Part shown: positions 25,450 through 38,968 of the stretch, piece after piece
Layout of the letters: every line of letters starts with the position of its first letter
Numbering within the stretch: position 1 is the first letter of the stretch
DNA from: Parasitella parasitica NRRL 2501
Lineage: Eukaryota; Fungi; Mucoromycota
Reading direction: 5' to 3'
DNA length: 64,000 nt
Assembly (NCBI GenBank): GCA_025201805.1
Contig: MU619317.1
Coordinates: forward strand, 89,258-153,257
The notes under the pieces: generated by a model
What the model saw: the letters and a program-made list of their open reading frames with translations, nothing else
Database searches by the model: none
What the model was told of the DNA's origin: nothing
Program-made: the position numbers and the translations under genes

Positions 25450-26129
25450 TTAATCAAACTCGTCAAATCCATTCTTAAAGGCAATCCCTCCAATAGTAAT
25501 GCCGATGCCATAAAATACAGTCGAGTACGCTAATCTAGCGATATGATGCTCATAGAGCATTTCAAATATTGACCAAAATATAGCAGCCCCTAAATATCTT
25601 TATACCCTCAAATTAACCGCTGCATGAAATCAGATAATCAAGCTGCTTACATCCATGTTAAGATCATGACAGATCGTGTTCCTCCACGAGCCAATGTGTT
25701 GATGACAAGAACAGAGAGTAAGAGTAAAACAAGATCTCTAACCATGTTGGCTGTCCTATGTAACCTTGCCTATTTATATTGTCTAAGTACCATTTGCAGA
25801 TATTTGTAATTTTGCGTGTATGTTTTACATACGTAGATATTGATCACTTTAGGATGGTTTACCCAAGAATTAACGTTATCGTATCTCTCAGCGTCTAAAC
25901 TGTGAACGGCTCCCTCTCGGCTATGACGAAGACTTGCGTTACGATACATATTTCCATCACCAAATATATGCTGAGCAAATAAAAAGAACCCCCAATACAT
26001 GCACAAGATGAAAAATGCTGTCCAGTATCCCTTGACAAACTTGTTGACGAGGAACTCTCCAAAATAGTCGTATTCATCTTGGAAATCGAAAAAGAAATGT
26101 CGATTTGTAGCGTCAATGTTTCTGCTCAT
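25450..26129 (-). CDS. Small multi-pass membrane protein of unknown function, 3 exons
   Basis: Exons MSRNIDATNRHFFF...FFILCMYWGFFLFA; RTANMVRDLVLLLLSVLVINTLARGG; and YLGAAIFWSIFEMLYEHHIARLAYSTVFYGIGITIGGIAFKNGFDEFD* (TAA 25450-25452). Confidence 0.7.
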
Positions 26130-26638
26130 TTTGTATACTGATGTTGCTGTGAGGTATAAATGAATTCAGCCGTTAAGTTTATGGTGTATGATTTAATACT
26201 TATCAAAGATAAGAGCAAGACGTACTGTTGTAAGACAAGGAAAAGGAAAAGGTCATTTTATTATTCAGTACAGTTTGTAATCTTCTCTAAACCATCCACC
26301 ATGGTATCTTACATGTCATTCATTTCATTATGCAACCATTGGCATCACGTTTGCTGGATAAATATTCGGCATTATCAAATGTATCTGTCGAGATATGATA
26401 TAAATCATTACGAGCTGAAGAAAATTTGTGTACTCGATTTGTGTTTAGTATTTATTACTCCATCATATACCTTATTCATCAAGATATAGAATCATTAGCT
26501 ACAAGCATTAAGCTTGATGATAGTCTCCCTGAAATGCACCCTCATCAGCAATGACACTGAAACAAAAGGTCAATCAAAAAAGCAGCATCAGAATTGATGA
26601 AAAAAACAATCCACCAAAGAATTGTCTCGCTTAACTGC

Positions 26639-26641
<3 letters not shown>

Positions 26642-26682
<41 letters not shown>
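26642..26682. repeat. (AT)n microsatellite
   Basis: About 20 perfect AT dinucleotides. Confidence 0.98.
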
Positions 26683-26686
<4 letters not shown>

Positions 26687-28131
26687 ATATATATTTATAT
26701 ATAAAAGTGATAGACGAGATACAATCATAGGTAGTTCTTCAGCATTGGCTCTAAATATATGAATACAAGAAGAGAACCCGAATTTATTCCATACTTGATA
26801 TTTCATGATACCGCTATTGCCACGCACTCCAAATTCATGAAATGTAAAGCATCCATTATGAGGCATTTTAACATGCTGCTTACTTGTCATAGATACATTC
26901 GTATCCATTTCAATATAAAACTTTTTTATTAAATTTATCAAGGATATCATAAAAACTTCATTAGCAGTTGAAACAGCAACTTGATTATACAACATTTATG
27001 ACAAGACGAATTGTTCAATTCATGAGTAAAAAATATTTTTTAGGTTAAGGTTGGAATACCATGTGAAATTACTGCTAGTAATTGTTGAATGAGATGTAAA
27101 CAATCAGGAAACAACTTGAGTATGTTTCGGCTGCGCTATGTTTGTTTTCATCATCTCTCAGATAGATCAGTGCAAACACTATTGCTATAAACTCTGGTAT
27201 TTCGATGATTGGAGCTACTTGAAACGCTAAAAAAAATATTCTGCTATCTTCAATCTTTTGCACCTTTTGAAGCATTGCTCCTAAAAACCCACCGCTCAGT
27301 TTAATCTCCGGTTTTTGCTTCTGTTTTTTTTTGGGTTTTTTCATTAGATTTGATCAACGAAGGAAGGAGTTGGGAGGGTTTTCATCAATATCTCTATAAC
27401 TACTATACTGATGTAAAATATGAGAGTAAAAGCGTTTATACATTATTTAATTCCCTATCTAATGGTGTAATTTTAAAATATTTTATTAACTATAAATCTC
27501 GAGTAATCTACGACTGAAGAGAAATACGCTTTTCAACTAAAAGTCTATATTTTGCATAGGTATTACCAAAAATGGTAATCAAGTATCAAAATTGGAGTAA
27601 AATAGAAGGTTTTTGTTTAATACATGCCTTTAACAGAAGCTGTATTTTCATGGCCAAATTCAAGAAATCGTTTTTTCCATCCAATTCATGAGGGGTCCCT
27701 CATGAAAAACCGTCGAAAATTGATGATTTTTTTATCATCTATTTTTTTGGTGAAAAAGCATCAGATAATAAATACGACTTCCAGGAAATCATTTAGCGTT
27801 ATTCTGGGCACTTGAGTCGGTCAAAAAGAGCGTAAATTCAAGTAAATTTGTATAAATTGATGATTAATACAACGATGCTTTGTAGTTAAATAAGCTATAG
27901 TTTCAAGATTAACCACCGGTTACAAGCATAGAGGCTATGATGAATTCGTACACAAGCATCAGGTATTTTTTGGCGTCGTAATCAAATAAGATAACGTTCT
28001 TTATTTGATATGCACTAGCAAGCATATCAAGCTAGTGCTTATGAAGAATCGCTGATTATGAAGGCTGGTGTTATGTACGTAAAACAAATAGTTTATTGGA
28101 AATACCAAAACAAGCTTTTCAAATATGCACA

Positions 28132-28826
28132 TTAATCTTCAAAGGCCCACGTTATGTTGATTCGACCCGTGTCATGGTGTGCTATTTTTCCAAAAGCTTC
28201 GACGCTTAAATCAACGTCGCCTTTTACACAAGGAGGACAAGTATCAACAATTTTCACGCGGACACTAGCACCGTTTGCTTTGTCTGTATTGTTTGATTAG
28301 TAAATGTGTTGTTCCATCAAGCAATTTAGATAAGCAACTCACTTGTGACCTTGATTCTTTTGTTACAAAGGGGGTTTGTATTTGGATTCTTTGCAGGGTA
28401 TGGCCATTTTTCTTGCATTTGGACTATATTCTATTAATCAAGTAGTTAATAAGCAACGTTTTCTCTCAAGCTGACAAGCAAAATGAGTATTACCAATGCA
28501 GCAACCATTTCGTAGTCCTGGTATAATTTACCGCAAGAACCAGCACCCACATTAGGGCTGAAGAAGGTACCTTCTCCACGAAAGGTTTTTGAAGAGCCAT
28601 GAGAAGTCGTATTTCTCGATTTGGAAGATTTTGATGTGGCTTTTTTGCTGCTCTTTTCAGTTTTTGAATGGCCATCCAGGGCCAATTGGTTAGATGCAAC
28701 TACCAAGCGATTGATTGAAACTGTAGCCTCACCAGGAGAAAGTGGAACAGATTGAGCGCCATCGAAAAGGAGTGATGCTGAGATGACAACAGTTAATATT
28801 ACAAGATTAGAGAGAGTAAAGCGCAT
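28132..28826 (-). CDS. Secreted RlpA-like double-psi beta-barrel (expansin/loosenin-like) protein, 3 exons
   Basis: Signal peptide, Ser/Lys linker, then GEGTFFSPNVGAGSCG, NPNTNPLCNKRIKVT and VKIVDTCPPCVKGDVDLSVEAF...GRINITW. Confidence 0.9.
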
Positions 28827-29467
28827 TTTTTCTTTAATATATATATATATATATCAATTGGGTATATGAAATGTTGACTAAATACAAGCAGAAAAGGATG
28901 AAGAGTTATTCAAAAGAGAGTCTTCTTTATATAATCCGCTAATTGGTTGTTGTAACACAAATTTAGAGCTTTTCAATCCTCCATTATGCGACATCGACAG
29001 CAAACAGCTGCCTGAAGATCATAGGTGGTTCTATTGTTCGCCAGGGTCAGGAGGTACTATGAAAATTCAGAGAAACAATCTGGCAAATGAATGGTGTCTT
29101 ATTGTGTAAACCGTTACAATAAAGACGTGCTATGTGCAAACAATAAGCAAGCAAGTCCGGATTTGTCCCTCTTTCCCCACCACCACCATCCCCCCCCCCG
29201 AAATCCTGATTTCTTTAGATTAATATTTAATAATTGATTAAGACACATATAATAATATCTGCTTATGTGTCCATATGCAACATGTACAACGTGCCTTATT
29301 CATCCCGCTCAGCTTCAAATAAGCGCCTCTTGGTATAATGTTAATCATCGATGTTTAAGCTGGATTATCCACGAAATCTGACAGCTGATATACAGCCTTT
29401 GCTGGTATTGTGTAGACAATGGGTTCAACATTATGCTACGCTAAAGAATGCGAAATTAACATTTCTT

Positions 29468-31759
29468 TTATTCCTGATCTATATTGTCTTTGATGCACTT
29501 TTCCAAAGGTGTAGAATCAGTAGGAAATGGCCTTTTACCTAATAGAGTTTCCATATCTAATATACATGCATACGATACATATGATGTCTGTTAGTGCAAT
29601 CAAGGGGTTGTAATCAGCTTTTTAATTACATTACCTTGCCTGGTAAGCACCTCCTTTGCCAGCAGTAGTTGAGCAACCTTCTCAATCTCGTCTTTCTTGG
29701 ATGTCAACAATTTCGTGGTCCTATCCAGTGCTTGAGATACCATTTTTCTGGCTTCATCGTCAATAAGAGAGCCTGTTTTCTCGGAATAGGGCTTTTGGAA
29801 ATGAGGTTCACTATCATCTTGCTGGTAGGACATTGGACCAAGCTCATTGTTCATGCCAAATACGGCGACTTGGGAGTATGCCATCTGGGTCACTTTTTTC
29901 AAGTCATCTTGAGCCCCTGTTGTGATGGATTCGAAGAACAAGGTTTCTGACACCCGTCCTCCCAAAGCAACACACATTCTATCCAGCAGCTGTAGTTTAG
30001 AGTAGAGGTACTGGTCCTTGGGCAGATACTGAGCATAGCCCAAGCTAGAATTAGAACGGGGTATCACACTGACTTTCAGCAGGGGATCGGCATACTTTAG
30101 GAACCAGCCAGCGACTGCGTGCCCTGCCTCATGGTAAGCTACGGTCTTTTTTTCTTCAGGAGAAAGAACGCGCGATTTCTTCTCTATGCCTGCAATGACT
30201 CTCTCGATGGAGGCCTCAAAGTCAACCTCTGACACTTGATCTTTACCGCTGCGTGCTGCTAACAGCGCCGCTTCATTGCACACGTTGTGGATGTCTGCTC
30301 CTGCAAATCCTGGTGTAAAAGATGCTAATTTCTTTGCTAGCGAGGGGATATTTAATGTGCCGTCCACCTTTAACGGCTTCAAATGAACCTTGAATATTTC
30401 AGCTCTGCCGTCAATGTCAGGTTTATCAATGACAACATGGCGGTCGAAACGTCCAGGTCGAAGCAATGCCGGATCCAGCACGTCGGGCCGATTAGTGCCT
30501 GCAAGCACCACAACATGGTCGTGAGAGTTGAACCCGTCCATTTCGACCAAGAGCTGGTTCAGTGTGCTTTCTCTTTCGTCATTGCCGCCGCCGCCCATCT
30601 GGCCTCCTTTTCCTCTTGCTTTTCCAATAGCATCGATTTCGTCAATGAAAATGATGCAAGGTGCATTCTTCTTTGCTGTGGCAAACAGATCTCGCACTCT
30701 GGAAGAGCCCACACCAACAAACATCTCTATAAACTCTGAGCCAGATACGCTCAGAAAAGGCACGCCAGCCTCGCCAGCAGTAGCCTTTGCTAAAAGGGTT
30801 TTGCCTGTGCCAGGAGGACCAGATAATATAGCACCCTTGGGGATAGTAGCGCCCAGTCTTTCAAAGCGCTTGGGATCTTTTAGAAACTTTACAAACTCCA
30901 TAATTTCCTCTTTGGCCTCGTCTGCACCAGCAACGTCTTTGAACTTGACATTGACATCAGTTTCCTTGTCAAAGAGTTTGGCTTTGCTCTTGCCAATGCC
31001 GAATATGCCACCTGATTGGCCTAAGCTGCCTGCTCCTGAAGCACGGCGACCCATATAGACAAAAAAGCCAATGAGTAGCAGCGTAGGCACAAACTGAGTC
31101 AACGTACTAGCAACATTGCCGGTCGTATGATATGAGATGGGGATACGCTCATTTTCTGGTATACCCAGCTTGTCTTGGCAGCTCTCCATCTGGTTTTCGA
31201 AACGGTCCACTGATCCAATGCTAAAATAGAAGATGGCATTGTGGTTTTCCGCGAGGTAGGATTTCGACTCTGGCCTCAGTACCACTTGGACGTAGCTCTT
31301 GTTCATCACATTCAGCTCTTTGACAAGCCCTTTTTCGAGCAAGCTTGTTTTAAAGTCTTGAAATGTCACTTCTCTAAAGCCTCCGTTGCTGTTACTGATG
31401 CCCAATATAGACCAAAGCAGGATAGACACCGCAAGGATAGGCCCCAATACGACATATCCGTTATTTTTTTTGGGGTTTGATGGTCTACCATCATCCTGTT
31501 TGCCTTGTTTGCCTTGTTTGCCTTGTTTGTCCTGTTTGTCCTGTTTGGGCTGATTTGGCCGAGATCCGCTGCGTTTATTATCAAAGAAACTCTCGAATCC
31601 TTTGGGTGTGTTGCTGGGATGCCTATTTTTGGCTGCACTGTCGTTTGACATTACAAAATGTCTGATGCGACGTTGGCTGGAAATGAGCAGCCCACAGAGA
31701 TTTAGGCATGGAGTGCTCTTTAGGGCACTGTTTTTCGATGTAGCAAATCGGTTCAGCAT
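29468..31759 (-). CDS. Mitochondrial m-AAA protease subunit (AFG3/YTA12/paraplegin family), 2 exons
   Basis: Walker A GPPGTGKT, Walker [28 protein letters not shown], Zn motif HEAGH and two TM segments. Last exon [11 protein letters not shown]...DQE*. Confidence 0.95.
31497..31546 (-). repeat. 9-bp coding repeat (QDK/QGK)n in the m-AAA protease N-terminus
   Basis: tgtttgcct/tgtttgtcc units encode [18 protein letters not shown]. Confidence 0.85.
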
Positions 31760-31926
31760 TGGGCTATGAACAAGTAAGGAAAATAAAAGTGTCAAATATT
31801 GGCTACACTGTTGATGATATTATTACTTGGCTCTGCTGTCGGGGTGAATGCGCCTCGATAAAGATTGCAACCAGCGACTTTTGAGAAGGTTTGTTTTTCT
31901 TTTGTCTCCAACAAACAAACAAGCCC

Positions 31927-33307
31927 ATGCTTTTGCTACTATCTAGTTTTAGCTGTACGCTATTCTTGTATTTTTTGATACAGAGTATCGTTCAAATCAA
32001 CCAACTGTCGAGCAAGCTACATGCGTCTGTTACACCACTGGCAAGAATGTCAGATTGCAGACTGGAGGCTGTGAATATTGTTTGCAGTAGATGGACATGG
32101 ATGCCAGTTTTCATCAGAGTATACCTCATTGGTATATTCGAGACCATCTACATTGCACTGTGCAGGCGTGGGCTATTTAAAAGCTCGTCTACTCAGCAGT
32201 TATGCGAACAGCAAGTTGACGCGTTGGTTCAATCGTACAAAGGCACCAAGACAAAGACAGCTGTGGTCACGGGAGGAGACTCTGGCATCGGATTGGAGAT
32301 ATGCAACGGTCTGCTTGCAGCCGGCTTCGATGTCATTATAGGTAACATGAGCTAATACAGCATGGTGTCTTTATCTGATAAAAACGAATGAATCAGGCAT
32401 TCGTTCGGCGGATACTAGTTTTAGAGCTGTGGATGCATTAAAAGAGCAGACTGGATCGGATAAAGTATCATGCATCCAGCTCGATCTGACTTTGTTTGAA
32501 TCAGTCAGAACCTTTGCAGCAGAAATCAAACGGAGGATCCCCCAGAAAGAGATACATCTGCTCATCAGTAAGAATTGATGCGTAGCTGTCCTTTTTATAC
32601 AAGGCAACCTGACTCGTCTGGTTAGATAATGCTGGTGTCATGAACATCCCTTGCAAGCTGACGGCAGACGGATACGAGACGCAGTGTCAGACAGTAAGTG
32701 GTCCTCAAGAAATGCTAATATTGCAGCCTTAAACAGCCGTTGGAATAGAACTTTTTATCGCCTGTTTTGCTTGCACAGTTACTGCTGCCATGGATGAACC
32801 CTCAATCTGGAAAAATTCTGTTTGCGTCCAGCTCTACGCTGTATGCTATCAATGATCTCAACACTGACTTTTCGTCTCATACATATGGCTTGGACGGGTT
32901 GCAGCATTACGCTTACAGTAAGGCATGTGTTGCTCACATTGTCTCTCGGCTGGCCAAATCAACCCGAGTAAAAGTATACGGTAGATGATATCTGTCAAGT
33001 CTACAGAAAACATTTGATTAACATCTGAAACACAGCATATCATCCAGGCACAGTGCGTACCAGATTATTTGCTCATACAGCAGTGTTCAATCTACCATTA
33101 GTGTCAAAATTGTTTGATTTCATCATGCTAACGCCAAAAGAAGGGAGCCTCACCCCGCTACGCTTGTGTTTGAAAGCGGACGTAGGAGAAAGCGGCACTT
33201 ATTGGGCCAACGAACGCAGCCAAACTGTTCCTGATGTCTTGATCAACGGAAAAGCCAATAATGTGGATGCCTTGTGGAAGGACACTTTGTCCAAGTGCGG
33301 ACTTTAG
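31927..33307 (+). CDS. Short-chain dehydrogenase/reductase (retinol dehydrogenase-like), about 5 exons
   Basis: VVTGGDSGIG, IQLDL, LI|NNAGV, YAYSK (YxxxK) and YHPGTVRT. Hydrophobic N-terminus. Confidence 0.9.
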
Positions 33308-33485
33308 CGTGTGTGCTAATTAAATGATTAGGAAATGGACATGCTTTCATGAGGTCACTGCTCATCAAATCTTGATGAGCAAGTCTAATTGTATGTATAT
33401 ATTCGAAAAGCATTATAAAAAAAACCCCCCTCCTATAAGTTTTTTCAAGTATTCACTGCGGTAAACACCCCCCCCACCTTTTTCA

Positions 33486-34695
33486 CTACATATTATTACT
33501 ACTACTACTACTATTTGATGATTGGAGCTTTTCTATTGCATCAGTATCACTGATACTGGCATTTAGAGGCATCCGACTAGAGCAATCATTTACAACATCC
33601 AGCTGGTTGGTGGGCCTGGCTTGTTCTTCCGCCATGCCTCTTGGACAATAGCGATTCCGGGCATTATTAATAGCATTCATCACTTCATCTTGAATTTTTC
33701 GATCTCTTTGACGGCGACGAATCAGCATGAATGCTCCGATAGATACACCTAAAAGACACACGACTGGGAGGGCAATGGCTAATGCAAATGCCCAACCTGG
33801 CAATCTCGACGACGCTTGAGTTTCATCTTCATAAGGAGTGCTTTCGCCACTTCCCGTTGTATAAAAGGGATCCTCGGCATGGAACATGATCTGATATGCC
33901 AAAATGTTTTGGTATGGAGCGTTATAATCGAGTGCTACTTCAGTTTGGGACCAGTCTAATCGAACATCTGCAAACGAGTCATTTTTAGCAGGACCTCCTA
34001 CCAGTGCTATATGATTTCTATCAAGTAAATAAAGCGGTGTTGGTTGTATACTGCAGTCATACATACCTCCATAGATTGTGTGAGCACGCGAGAGATCTTG
34101 GGGGTTCTTCAAGGCTTCCTTCAAAGAAGTAAATCCGCTCGCGGGTGCCGAGTGGGGGTATTTCGGTGAGTTTGACCTTTCGCCTACAACATAGTTTTGA
34201 TTCAGAGGATTCTTTCCAAATATGTAGTCAATCTGGCTGTTTGCAAAGTCTGTATATGAACCACTTGCTTGAATTAAAACACCCTGTGTCCATGTTCACA
34301 GCGCTATGATCCTACCTTCGTATGCTTGAGCTTTTACAAGCATTGTGTCTTTTCCGCTCGGGCTTTGTTCTGCCAAAGGTCGAAGTATCTTGGCCGCATA
34401 AGTTAAAAGCAAGAAACTTGTGCTCATTGCAATTGAATTGCTATTCTCCGTACTATGTACATCAAAGTGTATCAGCTGCGTAGACTATATAACCATGTAG
34501 GTTTTACCTGTATGCATCCCAGAATAATAAACCGCCACCAGTTTTATTTACAGACCTGCCGCTGACAATGCCATCTAGATACATTTCTGCCTCTGCACGA
34601 GTAAGAGATGCTTCATCTTGGTCATGATAGTCTGGCGCCACTTCTGCTAGCATCAAGTACAGTGCTCCCCACTGCATATAGAGTCAATACCCATT

Positions 34696-34732
<37 letters not shown>

Positions 34733-36255
34733 GTATATAATCAGTTGCGAACCTTATTATCCCAATCCAAGGGCTCTGTGTGGTTATTCAACCCTTTTGT
34801 TTCTCTATACATATCCATCGTTTCATCGAGGTACGATTTCTGTTTTGTAGCTTTGTAAAGCACAATGCCTGCTAATAGAAGTTCGTCCACGTACCCTGAT
34901 TATGCAAAATTAGACTTACAGTCATTCAGTGCCTTCAGGAGTGGCGCATACCTGAGCTACTATAAACGTGCTTCATAGTAGGTACAGACTTGTGATATCT
35001 CGAGTATGGTAGTATAGTACGAGCTGACGAGTAGAGTTGAGTGGCGTGTTCAAGCAGTGTGTCTGCATACTTTCTGTCGTCTTCATTTTCGTTTGTTACG
35101 TCTACCAAGTTGTTAAAAAACGCGGAAGCACTAGCAAATGCAGTCGCTGCAAAGGGGTCGTATGTTAATTAAACGCAATAGTCGTGTGCCTATCAAAAGG
35201 TCAATGTACCTGCCATGGCAGCTGCATCTGTGCCAAAGTCAGTTTCGTTGATTTGATAGCTGGGCCGAGGATCTTGTATTTCGGAATCAGGACCTGTATA
35301 AAAGTCATGCACACGGGCAAGGTATGAGCACAGTATGCCATTACTTTTCGTCGCCTTGAAAATTACCAAAAGAATCATTATCAATTTCAACATCACCAAT
35401 CTACATTATCAAGTGTTTAGGTCTCTCATTTTTGACAGCTGTCGCATGCTTTTATGTACCTGAACGAACAACGTGGATGGCGAAGGATGGGCTTTTATCA
35501 GCCAATCTGTAGCCTAGATAGTGGTTCTGGTGAGCGACAAGTATCAATTGAGTTTATTACGCACACATGGGTAAATATATTTACCCATTTCACTTGACTT
35601 CGTAGATACTTTGTTTGATTTGCTAATTGATAGCCCTGAATGTAGTCTGTGCCTACAAAAGCGATAGTTGGCGCCAAGTTAATATGACTTTATAGTTGCA
35701 CATATACACCTACCTCCCCAGCATAGCATAAATGTCGTGTAACTGAGAGGAAATGTGAACTAAATGCATGGTTCACTTAGTGGCTTTCATCTAAGGCTTT
35801 TTGGCATAGTTTATACCTTCAAGTAATCACCGGCATCATAGTATCCCTACATATTATAATTTGAAATTAAAAAAAAAAAAAACACAGGGGGAGGATTGCG
35901 CAGTGTGATGAAAACTTACACCAGAGAGATCAATATCCACATCAGATCCGTCTGACAAAGCAGAGTCGTGCCTCCTACAAGTTCATAGTGACAAGTGTCA
36001 GCTCTACATTACATGATCTGTAGTTTTTATGTATACTTGCCAGGACACTCTATTGTCATCAGGCAGTTTTCCTGATCGCTGCGCTTCGAAAAACAAAATA
36101 GAGTGGTTTAAAAGTTTCACATATTCAGGACTAGGGTTTTGTACAGTAGGAGGAAGGATCGTAGATGAACGTTTACCAATGGCTGCCGCATGAATGATAG
36201 CAGCTGATGGATAAATCATGACGGTGAGAGCTGAAACAAGCGACCTTATCTTCAT
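33486..36255 (-). CDS. Glycoside hydrolase family 9 endoglucanase with signal peptide and C-terminal TM helix, about 13 exons
   Basis: FFEAQRSGKLP, W|RHDSALSDG, DLSG|GYYDAGDYLK|FTFP, KW|ATDWLIKAHP, YPHSAPASG, ALVGGP and DWSQTEVALDYNA. TM AFALAIALPVVCLLGVSIGAFMLI followed by RRRQR. Confidence 0.93.
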
Positions 36256-37262
36256 GGCAATGGTTAGCTATGAATTCAACAAATTGCGAAATAGTAAGAA
36301 AAAGTTGAGAGTGGAAAGAAAGAGCAGTTAAAGCCATTTTAAAGTGTCAAGTTATGTAAATAATAGCAGCATTTCGTAGGGGGATCACATTCATCAAAGT
36401 TAATGCATTGACCATGCATGCATATAGCAAGCAATGTATATTATGCGACATTTCCAAAATTTACCAAGTTGAGAGTGGAAGCATTGTTCACTTTTCCAGT
36501 GCCTCTTTGAACTAGCCGTTGTAGTCAAAGTAGATGTTTATTGCTGCAGATTTGACGACTTGTACAGTCTTTACTAGTTTGAGACTCATATAGTAGAATA
36601 TCTAGCTCGGAATGGCCCCAAGAACTGCGTTGCAGTCAGTCATTTCTCAAGTCTAATCATATCGTTTAGTTGAAGGCCAAGCGAAAGAAATCATATCCGA
36701 CAACTGTCTTTATTAAACGCAAAAATATGATATATTTATTGATATAGTCCAATAGGCGGCGGCTTTGTCTGTCCTTTATGGAGGTTAGCATACGTCTTGG
36801 AACGCATGCATAAATCAATGGCTATTTGACGCAAATACATATTTTATCAAAAATACAATGAAGGGTGCTCTATTTTCCTTACTTTAGTGTATAAAAAGCG
36901 TAGTACGGAATCCTCACTCTCCTTTCATGCTACAAGCCTTGGGATAAATCACAGAAATGGTACCAGTTCGTTTAGCACACTGGTTCCTCAATGCCAGGCC
37001 AGTCTATTGGATTATGCAACGGGCTGTTCCAAGAGACAAACACACGGAGATGTAAATAAAAAAAGTCGTATAAAAGTGGTTTCAGAAATGTTGTTCTTTT
37101 TTCTCGCCTCGGTCGTAAAAAGAACAAGACTTTATACACTATGTCGTATATGACCAAAGATCAGCTTGGTAAGATGAATGCTCTCGATTTTTTCTGTTTT
37201 TTTTTCTCTTTTTTTTTCTTTTTTTTTTTGCCCTGTCCAGCTAAACATTAAGTCGTTGTATC

Positions 37263-38946
37263 ATGGCAGAGAACTATCTCAGCGGACTGCCAGCTAGCAA
37301 CAGCAAGAAGGCAGGCCAAAATGATTACAACACGATTCGCAATGAGCTAGTGTATCCCATGAAGAAGCTATCTGTTCAACAAGTAGAGGAAGAAGAAAGC
37401 AAGCAGCAGCAGCAGGTCGAACAGGAAGCTTACGAGACTATACAGGACAGAATGAAGCGTTTGCGCAATGCAACAGGCACTGTATTGGATTCAACTCACG
37501 CAAGAACGCCTGCGTTTCCAGAGACCCCAAAGCCGACTGCGCCTTTGACAAAACCGGTTTTCAATGCTGAATCTCGGACAGATGCTTTTGAAGCCTCGTT
37601 GACTCCGCCGAGATTGCGTTCCTATAGACCTCCAGTTCAGCCCAAACCGAAACCATCGCCTCCGCTACCTCCTCCATTGCCAACGGCATCGCCTCCACCA
37701 GCTCTTCCCAATAGCCCAAGACCGCCCAAGCCAACCCAGGAAAAGGTAAGCACTCTGAATCCCATATACGCTGGACTCGACTGTCCAAAATGCCACGCCC
37801 CCATCGAAGGCTCCGTAGTATCTGCTCTCGATCAAATATGGCATGCGCACTGCTTTACTTGTTCTGCTTGCCTCAAGCCATTGGAGAACCAGCAGTTTTT
37901 TGAAAAAAACGGCCAGCCCTACTGTAAAAAGGATTACCAAAACCTATTCAGTCTGCATTGCGATTTCTGCCATGAACCTATTGAGCAGGTACAGTAAATG
38001 TCGTGAACGTATTTTAGTTAGGGAAAAAAAAGGGAGGGTAGGGGGAGGGCGATTTGCTAATACTGCAATTCTCACCACTACTATACAGCAAGCCATCAGT
38101 GCACTGGGTAAGCATTATCATGAAGGCCATTTTTGCTGTGTGGCATGCAAAAAGCCGTTTGGAGACCACAGCGCTTTCGTGGTGCATGAGGATAAACCAT
38201 ATTGCCAAGAGGATTATACGAAAATGTGCGGAAAGAAGTGCAGTGGATGTGGGGAGTATATCACTGGCGAATACATCAATGCTCTGACCCAGGAGTGGCA
38301 TAAATCGTGCTTTGTCTGTACGGTAAGTGGGAGAGGGAGGGGGGGGGAGGAAGGGTATTGCCGACATGCATTAAAAGTGTATTCTTATTGTGTTGCGCTA
38401 GGATTGCAAAATGCCTTTTACTGGCGGGTCGTTTTTGGTCCGTGATAATATGCCATATTGCGAGCAGCACTATCACCATCCATTGACAAACAAACCACCT
38501 CCACCTACAGCAGCAGCGGCGCCAGTAAATCAGCAACTACAAAAGGGAGGCTCACTAAAGCCGAAACCAGCCATCGGCAAAAAGCCGGATTTTCCATCTC
38601 AACTGCCTCCAAAGATAGAAGCGCCCAAAAGAACAGAGGTTCTGCCAAACGCAAATACTAGCGCAACCAAACCGTCAGCAAAGGTCTGTCACCGATGCAA
38701 GCAAGTCATAGATGGACCCTCAGCTAGTGCTCTTGGCCATGATTACCATATACACCATTTTCAATGTATAGAATGCAATCGAACGTTGTCATCTCGTGTA
38801 CCAGGTATGTTTATATGTGATATATATGTGATATATATATATATAAAAAAGACATTTTTCATTAACAAACCCAATGAATAGGTATGTGGCAAAGGGATGA
38901 GAATGGCGAGTTAGTCTGTAAAATGTGTGCCTTTAAACAACAATAA
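37263..38946 (+). CDS. Paxillin-like LIM-domain protein (Pro-rich N-terminus, 4 LIM domains), 4 exons
   Basis: CPKC...WHAHCFTCSAC, CDFC...YHEGHFCCVAC, CSGC...WHKSCFVC and CHRC...YHIHHFQCIEC...CKMC. Confidence 0.92.
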
Positions 38947-38968
38947 AGCCCTTTTTTGCTATATAAGG

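Noticed and set aside
26160-27815. Short ORFs in the AT-rich intergenic region
   Set aside because: Low complexity, partly microsatellite-derived, with no recognisable motifs.
15885-36255. Possible cell-wall gene cluster (chitin synthase, His-rich protein, expansin-like protein, GH9)
   Set aside because: The genes are interspersed with unrelated housekeeping genes and I saw no shared motif; consistent with chance.
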